DNA of 64,000 nucleotides. Origin: Macrostomum lignano. Taxonomy: Eukaryota. Every line of letters begins with the position of its first letter. Within the stretch, counting starts at the first letter, position 1. The translations under genes and the position numbers were made by a program. The notes under the pieces are model-generated. The model did no database searches. It saw nothing but the letters and a program-made list of their open reading frames with translations, and was not told the DNA's origin. Location: positions 124,001 through 188,000 of the forward strand of contig NIVC01001272.1 of NCBI GenBank assembly GCA_002269645.1, given 5' to 3'. Positions 1-10,448 of the stretch are shown in pieces.

Positions 1-1069
1 CACGATACGGTATGAGTGAACAATCTGATTGTGGTGGTACGCTCCAAGACAGCGTTAGTTGTCGCTCGCCTGCTGCGTGGAGAGTGGCGACGGCCAGTGG
101 AGTTAGTTATGTCCACGCCGCTGTCAGAAGCTGATGTGGTAGATTAAAGCGCATCATCTGTTCCACAGTTGTCGGGATGATGCAACCTTTTGTTGAATAA
201 ACACAATGTTTGATTGAAACGCCAGTGATTATTCCATCGGATCTGTTGGACTAGCAAAAGCGGCGATTTTAGTAATCAAGGTGGATGCCGTTATCGTTTG
301 AGTACGGGAGGCAAGGCAGTTGTCCTGCAAAGATGTCTGTATGGCTGACCGGAATAGTTGTTGGCCAGAAACTGTTGCTGCGATTTGTAGTTGGCCATCA
401 GGTGAGTTTCTGGACTCGACCCATTGTTGACAAGCGAGTGGCGTTATCGATTTCGATTGCACAGTTATTGAATATTTGGGCTTCGGGAAAAGTGCGTAAG
501 TGTGAGCCAAGACGATTGCAGTTGATTGTTATTTCTTCCCGATAACAAATGTTCATCATTATCCGGGTCTTCGCTAGGTTCGAAGTGTAGAGCCGTAGAC
601 GCACTGGGACGGCTTTTGCTTCTTGTGGGTTGAAGGACTCGCACCGTATTTCGGTAGGAATCTTGAAAATTCGAACTGGGCCGTTGAGTGGGCAGACCAT
701 TGGTGTGTCGACGAATGTCGGGTGATCGAGTGGTGCCGTTGCGTTACGTGTTTCGACACTTCCAATCAGAGTGGTGATCAGCAAACCAAGGAGTAGTACG
801 TCTGGTTGACCGTGAGTGTTTAGATGAGTCGTCTTGCAGACCGGTTGTCTCAGAGGACGCTGAGTTGTGGGCGCGAAGTCCGGGCAGTCGGGAGTCCAGG
901 AGACGACCTGGATGCCCATGAGAAGGTTGTACTGCGGTCCAGTCCCAGTGAAGTAGTATGGTCCACTAGTTGCTGGAGTAGACACATTGACTTCCGGTTT
1001 TGATTCCATGGCCTTGTCGGCACCCGTCGGCTGCGGTTGTTCAGTGCTGGAGGGGGCGCCTGTCGTCAC
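1..1069 (-). pseudogene. env: env-like glycoprotein ORF of an LTR retroelement, frameshifted; runs off the window start
   Basis: ORF 1069->398 has a hydrophobic signal-like stretch (VLLLGLLITTLIGS) followed by Cys-spaced ectodomain sequence (PMVCPLNGPVRIFKIPTEIRC). This continues in other frames as SITPLACQQWVESRNSPDGQL, WPTT and GVSIKHCVYSTKGCII. An RSRR furin-type motif lies at 77->66. It sits directly downstream of gag. Family assignment is by recalled similarity only. Confidence 0.65.
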
Positions 1070-1195
1070 GACCTGTAGGGCGTTTAGCGAGGCGGCTGGG
1101 GCTCGCGGTGATGGCGATCGTGAGTAACTTCCATTTGGTCGGTTTGGGCCATAGGAATTTCTGTTGGAGAAGCGGCCCTGTCGTCTGTCTGAGTG

Positions 1196-2439
1196 TTAAT
1201 ATTTGATTGCGCAGCATTCTCTGGTATTGTGAGATGTTGTGCGATGGAATTTGCAGTACTTTTTCTCAATACCACTAGTGAAAGGTGATTGTGAGCGCTG
1301 GCGTTGAGGGTTTTGGTCAAATCTCCTTTGACGACAGTCTCTGGCGATGTGGCCGACCTTGTTGCAGTTGTAACATTCGCGACTGGAAGGTCGTCTAGGT
1401 GGTTGAGGCAGTGTGGGACAGCGGCAAGTGTGGGTTTTGTAGTCTGGTTCCCGGATTCTAGGGCGGCTAGCCGTTTTGTGAGCTCGGCCATTTCGGTGGA
1501 GGCTGTGGCGTGAGTATTATCTCCAATTTGTTCTGCTCGGATGGCCTGACTCAGTAATTCTGGTTCCGTTTGGATTGGGATGCGCATCAGTTCTCGGCGA
1601 ATGTAGGGTAGCGTCCCGTTTATAATGTTGGCAATCAGTTTCGTTGTGAAATCATTGTCCCGTTGGCGGATTACAGCCTGGTTGGGGGGTTCGTTGAGAC
1701 CGTCGGGAATTGGTTCCGGTGCGATGGCGGGATAGACCGTGCGTAGTTTTTTGCGGACGTCGCTGAAGTATTGAGTGAACGATTCGCCGTGCTGCTGTCT
1801 TCGATTTGCAATTTGTTGCAGAAGTGAGTTGGATCCGTTTGTCAGGTCTCGAATGCGGGCACGCATGTGCTCAAGCATGCCCGTGTAGGTACCTTGTTGC
1901 GCGGGCGTCAAATTGGAGAATTCGATTTTGAGCAAATCGTTTAAGAATCGCGGGAAAATTCGAAGCTTAGTATCATCATCCAAGTTGAAAGTGCGGGTGG
2001 CCAGGTCAAACTCCATGACAAACGTCGCGAAGCCGTGCAGTTGATCGATATCCTTCAGGGCTTCGCGGATTTCGTTGATCGTCGATGATGATACTGAAGG
2101 CGTTGGTCTTTGGGCTGGCTGCGCGGCACCAAGCTGTTGTAGTAGTTGCTGTTGCTGCAGCTGCTGTTGCTGTGTAAGGTTTTGGATGAGCTCTTGCAGC
2201 TGGTTGGCGTCCATGATGATTTCCGGTACAAGCAGATAGGCTGGTGGTGAATAACCAGAGGGCCAAGCAGTTGGGGAAGTAGTTACGTCGGGAGTAGAGC
2301 CGGAAAGTCATCGGGTACTCGAGGTTGTTCTGTCAAGTGCTTGGTCTGTGTCAGCGGCTGGCGCTGGGTTTAGTTGCAACTTTCGCGATTTAGTTGTAGG
2401 GGATTGTGATGCTGCTGGTCGACCAGAGCGTAAGAGCAT
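1196..2439 (-). pseudogene. gag: LTR retrotransposon gag with two zinc knuckles, disrupted
   Basis: The ATG at 2439 (MLLRSGR...) is in frame with ORF 2214->1084, with one TGA at 2310-2308. The capsid-type motif RRQQHGESFTQYFSDVRKK is present. After a 1-bp frameshift near 1415 the reading gives CYNCNKVGHIARDC (CCHC) and CKFHRTTSHNTREC, then TAA at 1198-1196. Confidence 0.85.
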
Positions 2440-2827
2440 GCAGGATCCTGCTATCAAAAGAAGAGATTCTGGTTTGTAATAAGAGTGTAGTGAAGATGAA
2501 AAATAATTGAATTAAGCAATATTTTGAGACTACACTGAACATTATAGCATCTGGGTCGTGTTTATCTGGACTATCCCTTTGGTCATCATTTTGTAATATC
2601 GGTATGACTTGTAATGAGAATTTTGATATGTATGTACACGAGTGACTACTGTTTAAGTAGTATCAGACGATAATCAAACAGAATATGTGTGTATCAGCGT
2701 ATTGATCAAAATTGTAGGCTGTAGAGCCTGTAGACTTCTTTGTAAACGAATACGAGCATCTATTGCAAAATAGGATATACAACAGGGCCACAGACTACGG
2801 TATGGGCTTGCTAGGAAACGGTACGAC

Positions 2828-2910
2828 GGGTGCCACAGGTGCGTTTGTGGGCTTATTGCGAGACGATATAGCGGGTGCCACAGGTGCGTTTGTGAGCTTA
2901 TTACGTGAGT
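2828..2910. repeat. ~45-bp direct tandem repeat (about 2 copies), probably in the LTR or leader of the gag-env element
   Basis: gggtgccacaggtgcgtttgtg(g/a)gcttatt occurs at about 2828 and 2873. Confidence 0.7.
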
Positions 2911-3120
2911 TCGGTACACGAACTGTGATGCATAATGAGTTGCCAGCCATGAATGAATGTCGCGACAGGGCGACCGTCGCAGCTTGTGTGACCTTTTAAC
3001 CGGAATCGCCGATTTGCGATCTCCGACCAGCTCTTCGGGCACAGCTTGTGTGGCCGGGTTAACGACTGAGTGCCACTACCAAATTAGTGGCACGTATTGG
3101 GGTCGTAATTCGAATTACCG

Positions 3121-4630
3121 AATTACGACCCCAAGAAACCCGTTGCTCTGGAGTGTGATGCTTCCCAAAAAGGACTGGGCGGAGTTCTGATTCAAGACAA
3201 CAGACCGGTTTTTTTTCATCAGCAAGAGGTTATCAGAAGTCGAGAAAGAGTATTCTCAGATCGAAAGGGAGGCCCTTGCAATTGTCTGGTCAACTCAGAG
3301 GTGTCAGCGATTTTTAGCGGGACGTCATTTCAAGCTGATCACGGATCACAGACCATTAACCTACATCTTTGGGCCGAACGAGGGCCTGCCTACGCGCGTA
3401 TCAGCATGCCTTCAAAGATGGGCGATATCGCTAATGGCTAATGGTCGCTAATGGCATATGGGTATACGCTCGTACAATCGGGAGCATCCAACTACCCTCA
3501 ACGATCATATCCATTCAAGGGGTTAGAGACCAATCACAGGATTGCCCAGAGATCGTTCTGTTAAAAGAAGCCATCCGGACGAGCAACTTTAACGACCCGA
3601 GAATCCGCCCCTACAAGGCAATCGCGGACGAACTGACGATCGAGTTGGACGTGGTACTCCGAGAGATGCGAGTCATTCTTCCAAAGACGTTGCGGTTATC
3701 GGCAGTCCAAACGGCACACAGCACACATCTAGGCATTGACCGAACCAAGTCACTGTTAAGAGCACAATTTTGGTGGCCCGGCTTGGATCGAGACGTAAAA
3801 CGACTCATCGGAAATTGCAATACGTGCAAAATGGTCAAGGCTGACAATCGAAACTACCTAAAGTCTTGGCCGACAGCAATGGACGCTGGAGAGCGCGTAC
3901 ATGCGGATTTTGCGGGTCCAATAGATGGCCAATATTTGTTGGTGCTGGTGGACGCCATGTCGACCTACCCTGACCGCCAACATGGAGTCATCTACAGTCA
4001 TCTCTAGGCTATGGAGAACTTTTTCGCAGTGGGGTGTGCCAAGAACACTTGTCACCGACAACGGCCCAAGCTTCGTCTCAGCTGAAACAACACAGTGGCT
4101 GAAAGCAATCGGGTGCAGCCATCTGACCACACCTCCATATCAGCCTCAGAGAAACGGAGTCGCTGAGAGATTTGTCCGCACAGTGAAAGAATCTGTGTCA
4201 GCGTTGGGTCTGAGTCAACACAACATTGACAAGTTCCTACTGTTCTACCGATCATCCAAAGGAAATGATGGTCGCACACCGTCGGAGGTCTAAACGTCCG
4301 GACTCCTTTGATGACAGAGTTTTCTGGAGATGACGATGTGGTGTACAGGACACAAGGAGCTACGTCACTAGCCAGAATCGTCCTGCCAACACGGCAATCA
4401 TCAAGCTTGAAAACGGCTTGTACAAGAAGGCTCACAGAGACCAGATACGGAGCTTCAAGGGCAGCGATGACAAGGACATTGGCCCGGAACAAGCTACCAC
4501 TGGTGCTGCTGGTGAGGTCGATCACCCTCCAGCTATGCGCCCTGGAGAAGAGGAGCGGGAGCAGCAGCAGCAGCAACCTAGAAGAAGTGAAAGACTGATG
4601 AACAGACCGACTGTGAATTATAAGGAGTGA
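3121..4630 (+). pseudogene. pol: Ty3/gypsy pol fragment (RNase H and integrase), 5'-truncated and frameshifted
   Basis: RNase H motifs: YDPKKPVALECDASQKGLGGVL, YSQIEREALAIVW, LITDHRPL. Integrase Zn domain: AHSTHLGIDRTK...WWPGL...CNTC. Integrase core: HADFAGP, VTDNGPSF, PYQPQRNGVAERFVRTVK. Domain order RH-IN is the gypsy order. Confidence 0.93.
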
Positions 4631-4652
4631 ACTGTAATTTTGAAGCAAGGAG

Positions 4653-5081
4653 GTGCTGCGGTCTGGCTTCTGCCCGAGCAGATTGAACTTTAATTGCCAC
4701 AGACGAGTTTATTTGCCTGTACTGCGATTTTTGGCGCAAGTGTCAAAGAACCTTCGTAACACAAAAGAAATACATAAGTATTCAAGAAGACTCTGATAAG
4801 AGTAACGGCTGCCAGTAGCGCAACCAGAAATTTTTTTAGGGGGGGCGGATTCTGGAAGGTAAAGTCCCGGGAGGGGGGGGGCGGAGGGGAGGTTCTGTTT
4901 TTGGCGAAAATTCGCTTGGTCCCCCCTTCGATTTTTTTTTGAGTCTCCGCCTAAGGGGGGGGGCGACCGCCCCCCGCCCCCCCCCCCCCCCTGGTTGCGC
5001 CACTGACGGCTGCAAGAGCCGAGAGTGCACGGCACACAACTTGCATAAATATAACGCAATACAAAAGACCGACTTGTAACA
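4653..5081 (+). mobile_element. Probable 3' LTR of the gypsy element, interrupted by a MITE
   Basis: A purine tract (gaagcaaggagg) follows the pol stop and precedes TG at about 4653. The segment ends ...tgtaaca at about 5081. There is no second LTR in the window to confirm the boundaries. Confidence 0.5.
4813..5005. mobile_element. hAT-type MITE (193 bp)
   Basis: 15-bp TIRs cagtagcgcaaccag / ctggttgcgccactg (1 mismatch). Perfect 8-bp TSD acggctgc at 4805-4812 and 5006-5013. Confidence 0.92.
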
Positions 5082-5166
5082 ATTAGGAAGAGGGGAGGGA
5101 CCCTAGAATTGGATGGGCAGATAGGCTGAAGGGGGAGCGCGGGTAACAAAGCGCGGGGGGTCCAAG

Positions 5167-5358
5167 TGGGAAGTTTGATGCTCGAATATCGACCGATGTG
5201 GAGAGGATAGGGAGGCTGGGAAGGAATGTCCCGTGCCGACCTGTGTACTTCAGCGTGGGAAGTGGGAAGTGGGAAGCTTGATGCACGAATATCGACCGAT
5301 GTGGAGAGGATAGGGAGGCTGGGAAGGAATGTCCCGTGCCGACCTGTGTACTTCAGCG
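5167..5358. repeat. 89-bp direct duplication separated by (tgggaag)2
   Basis: 5167-5255 and 5270-5358 differ at 2 positions. Confidence 0.9.
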
Positions 5359-5794
5359 GGAGGTACAAGTCAGTATCCGACGAAGACAGACCGGACTGTA
5401 CTGTTAAAGTAGACGTCTGGGGAAGGATCGATCGAAGGGGGGTTGTCTAAAGGGCGAGAGCGGTCGGGGACGAGCAGGGGCTGTACTATCCAGACATACC
5501 AGAGCTTCTAAATGTCAGCCGTAGCCCCCAAAAGGACGAGGCGGCTGATGCGTGCCCTCTGCAGCGCGTATCTCTCCGCCATTGCCATGTAGTGTACACA
5601 AAAGCCCAATACCGTCGGCCTAATGCACAGTAAGCAGTCAAATTTAGTTCCTTGTTAATCAACTTGCCTAAAATCGATCACCATGTAGTCAAACAGGGAT
5701 AAAAGCATCAATTCGTTCAGTCGATCGCGGTCTATCAAGCACAGAAGAGCGCGATATACAGATAATCTCGGGATTGAAAATTTGAGTTGTTAAA

Positions 5795-6681
5795 ATGTCC
5801 AGCTTCAAAGGAGGAGGTGGCCGGCCTACAGGACCCAGTCAGCAGGATCTGCAGGCAGGACCCATGAGAAACCTGCTCGATCAGCAGGTGGTGAGCATGC
5901 GGCACGTTAAGCGTCCTCTAGGCAGCTCCGGAGTTATGCCCTGGCCCTTTTCGCACAGCGGCACCGAAGCGGTTACCGCTGACGGAAAGCACTGGCTGAT
6001 TCACAAGGGTGCGCTTTAAACTGTGCCGATCGGTTTTTTATATTTTCGAAGTTGCAGACGGAACCATTGGCCAGAACGGCTACAATGCACCCTAAGCCAG
6101 AACGGCTACAATCCACCCTAAGCCAGAACGGCTACAATCCACCCTAAGCCAGAACGGCTACATATTCCACCCTAAAGCAGAACGGCTACAATCCACCCTA
6201 AGCCAGAACGGCTACATATTCCACCCTAAGCCAGAACGGCTACAATCCACCCTAAGACAGAGTGCACGAAGGCAATTAGTGATTCGAATTTTATGACCGA
6301 TTTATATCAAGAACAAAGACAGACAATCATAGCTCCTACAATAGTTGTACCGGTACAGCGATCCCGTATTTCTCTTAGCTTCGTTTGGCTTTTCTTCAAT
6401 TTTTTCCTCCTGATTTTTATGTAAACTTCTATTTTTAAGGAGGTAAAAAAGGATCCGATTTCGGTCGAGAGAAAGGTGGCAACACGGTTGTGACTGACGC
6501 CAAGAACATGTCGGGCGCCTGGAGGACGACCGGATGCGTTGGCGGCGGATGGACTGACACCAAGCCTGGCACCAGGGTGACGGACTTGGTGAAGACTGGC
6601 GGCAAGGATTACAACCTGCTTTTTAGCAACTGCCACTTTGCGGCCCGCAATGCGGCTAAGTTTGCTGCTGAAAAAAAATGA
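5795..6681 (+). CDS. Two-exon 151-aa protein with a permuted papain-like (LRAT/PPPDE-like) His...Asn-Cys layout
   Basis: Exon 1 is 5795-6008 and ends HKG|gt. The intron is 6009-6439 (GT..AG, phase 1). Exon 2 is 6440-6681. The spliced CDS is 456 nt and stays in frame: ...FSHSGTEAVTADGKHWLIHKGGKKGSDFGREKGGNTVVTDAKNMSGAW...GGKDYNLLFSNCHFAA. Confidence 0.75.
6070..6255. repeat. 26-28-bp minisatellite, 7 copies, intronic
   Basis: Unit gccagaacggctaca(a/ta)tccaccctaa repeated with no spacers. Confidence 0.95.
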
Positions 6682-7428
6682 CTTTGAAACTTACTGAAGG
6701 AGAGTACAGACAGTGGGACAAGTACTATATTGTCCAAGTTTTTTTCAAATATCGCTTACGTTGTCTCTAAGGTCGACTTTAATTTTAAACATATATCTTC
6801 TTTTCATATAATAGCTTTCACACTACCTTGAGTATGTAGGTTTTTCTTAAACAAAAATTTATTTACTCAACCTTCATCCATTAAATCTGTGACTGTCCTA
6901 AAACTTTAATTATTCTAGCAACATTTATTGCAAGAGGTTTCATACAGTGATTCAATATTTTTTTCTTTCCTTGACCAATATTTTACAATTCAGACTATTC
7001 AAAATATTCAGCTTCTATTTCACCAAGTGGCATATAAACTTCAAATTCTCCCATAATTATTTATTTCTCTAAGCTAAACTCGATACGGCTCGATAAATAT
7101 TATTTAAAAAATAAATAAACACGTTGATTTACGTGTCGGGCCAGGCACCAACATGCTTAACTACCAACTGCCTTCGACTGTCTTCACTTTTCCACACTGG
7201 TTTACAATTTAAAAAAAACTTTAAAAACAAAATCTTGGAAAACCACGCTAAAAAGTAAGAAACTTGTCTCTCAGGTGTTTGCCAGAAAATGGTATTTTAC
7301 GTAAAAGTTCGATATTTAAATATTTGTTTTGAGACCCGAAAATTCTATCACTGCAAGAACGCGCCAGGTTTACAGGAAAACCCGAAAAAACGTCATCAAA
7401 ACTGGCGGGAAAAGCGATTTATTTAAAC

Positions 7429-7845
7429 CAAGGGTCGCCAAACGTTTTACTTCAAGGGCTAGATAAGGAGTTTAGATCATTGCTGCGAGAGGAGATGACA
7501 GAAGAAAGGAGAGATGAGAGACGCGATAAGAGAATAGATAAGATAGAAGGTACTCTTCTCATAGAAGATAAAATGAGATGTGTTCATGTAGATATAGCTA
7601 GGATAGAGATGAGAAAAGAGAGAAGAAAGTTGAGGAGATTAGAGATGAGAGATGGAAGGCGGGAGATGAGATAAGAGAGAGGAGAAAGAAGACGATATGA
7701 GATGAGAGAAAACAGAGAAGAAAAAAGAAAGGAGACAACTTATAAAACACACAGACCCTGATTGGGCCGGATTGCTATTGTGAAGTTTCAAAGGACCCGA
7801 GGGCCGGATGGAGAGGCTTCGCGGGCCGGAGGTTGCCGACTCCTC
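7429..7845. mobile_element. hAT (Charlie-like) MITE with a GA-rich interior
   Basis: Imperfect TIRs caagggtcgccaaac / ggttgccgactcctc. Perfect 8-bp TSD atttaaac at 7421-7428 and 7846-7853. Subterminal gggccgga motifs. Confidence 0.85.
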
Positions 7846-8768
7846 ATTTAAACAAACCTTGGATGACTAAAAGATGGTTAAATAACATGAAACTATAATT
7901 ATTGAAATCTAGAGTATATTTTCACCTAAGCTGGTTTTAAACAAAAATATACTGTTTATTGATAATCTAATATACTAAAAATTAAAAAACAATGCATGCT
8001 TGCTTGCTTAAATAGACTAAAAACAAAACTGAACTAAACTAAGTAGGTACAAAAATTGACACAAAAAATAATGAAAAATGTCATTATACGTTATAATGAA
8101 AAGTGCCACATAGTCTTAGCCGAAATGACAATTTGCGGCTTCAAACTCGCCACTGTCAGTTCTGTTGAGCTTTTAACTCTACTAAGGTTAGTTATATTTC
8201 TACCCTGTACAATAATTTCTCAAGCAAAAATTTGCAGCGTGTCACGAGCTCTGCATTCACTCGTTGAACAATAGAGAAAAACAGATTATGCGTGGGCACT
8301 GAAAATAATAAAAAGACAAGTGTACAATTGTAAATTTCGACAGAGAAACAAGAAGCGAATGCAGCGAGCCCCAGAAAAAATGAAATGAAAGGAGCGAAGG
8401 GTTGAGCAGAGTGTGCGAGGAGCAGTTGCTTGGATACCTAATAGCCTCACTCCGACCCCCACTGCTCGGCTTACTCTCGGCGTTAAAGACCTCAATAAAA
8501 TAGGTCAGTATCTTTCCATTGCTTCAAATGAGATTACCTTAGAATTGTAGTAACAAGAGGGTTGCTCTGAGAAAAGCCCTTATAGCCCATGGCTTACGTC
8601 GCCTCCAAACCGTCATTACCAGGGGGTGTCACCGCTATTTAGGGCGCTGCATCGCAGGGGCGCCAAGGCTTAAGGCTTTCATTAACTCCACTAAAACTGT
8701 GTGATACAATGCAAAAAATGATATTTTACGCCAACTTACGTTTCTAGATTGAAGGCTTTCTTGATTAA

Positions 8769-9534
<766 letters not shown>

Positions 9535-9906
9535 TACTGAAGATTTATCCAAAAAAATACAGTATCCGTGAAAGCCCAATACGCTCGCACCTTCCGCAGC
9601 ATTTAGTTCTTTCAACTTGAAACACGAAATTCTATACGACTGTGTGCTTCGCATATTTCTGCTTGAAGTAGACGGTTGGCGTCACTAAAATTATTCCCAT
9701 TATTTCATGAATTCCAAGCTGCTTTATTTTTTAGCCTTCAATTAAGAAAGTAAAAACAGCATATCGCTGATTGCTTAGGTACAATTAAGGTCACTTCTGC
9801 TTTCTCTGTTATAGCTAGCTAGTTACTCTTCTGCTTCTGCTCATAAACTACTGAAACAATCCTATTCGTTTTGGAACAACTTCTACCTTCATTTTTTTCT
9901 TTTCAG

Positions 9907-9986
9907 AGCCGTTTCAGTGGCAGTAAAATATCATTGACTTGCCGAGAGCAATAGCAGAAGCACACTTTGCGCCTGGGGCGCCAGAG
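9907..9986 (+). other. Possible 5'-UTR exon of TRP paralogue 1
   Basis: A polypyrimidine tract and cag end at 9906, followed by a donor gag|gtaaaa at 9987. A further acceptor tttcag at 10416 lies just before the ATG at 10449. No transcript evidence. Confidence 0.35.
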
Positions 9987-10448
9987 GTAAAATTAGCTGA
10001 TTATTTCATTGTGTTTTATTCGAGGTCAAGTGTAGTATGATTACTTGATAATTAATATCAGACGTCTAAGACTGTACTGTAATCCGTATTCGTACTTAAT
10101 CATCCTTAGCTGTCGTAGCTCGTAGACATTTTACCCACGTTTGTTGTTAATTGAATTGTTAGACCTCATTGTCTAAGTCCTCGGATCAGCCGTGGAGGGG
10201 CTCTGCCGATTAATTATAAATTTAAAGCGATTAATTTTGGTTATTCAAATATAAAAATTAAGAATATTTATATTTATATGTACATTTGGATATAAAAAAT
10301 TGCACTAAATATTTACCCATATTTACCCCTATTACCCATGTTTACAACAGTTTTGTTGCAAATTAACAGCCCCAAAAATGCCAAAATTTTTAGCCAACTT
10401 GATCGCCAATTTTCAGTGAGTCGCTGCTGAACACTCGAAAGCACCTGC

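Noticed and set aside
1405-1445. Programmed -1 ribosomal frameshift in gag
   Set aside because: There is no X XXY YYZ slippery heptamer in the required frame. A single lost C restores a natural reading (AAVPTLPQPPRR), and the element has other lesions.
5226-5450. Helicase motif VI-like peptide (ERIGRLGR)
   Set aside because: It lies in a short duplicated segment with no other helicase motifs and no splice support, so it is probably chance.
6070-6255. CRISPR-like array (26-28-bp repeats)
   Set aside because: The units abut with no unique spacers, there are no cas genes, and it lies in a eukaryotic intron. The same applies to every other tandem array in the window.
8056-8274. hAT dimerisation-like peptide (LATVSSVE)
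   Set aside because: The similarity covers only a few residues, with no TIR or TSD found.
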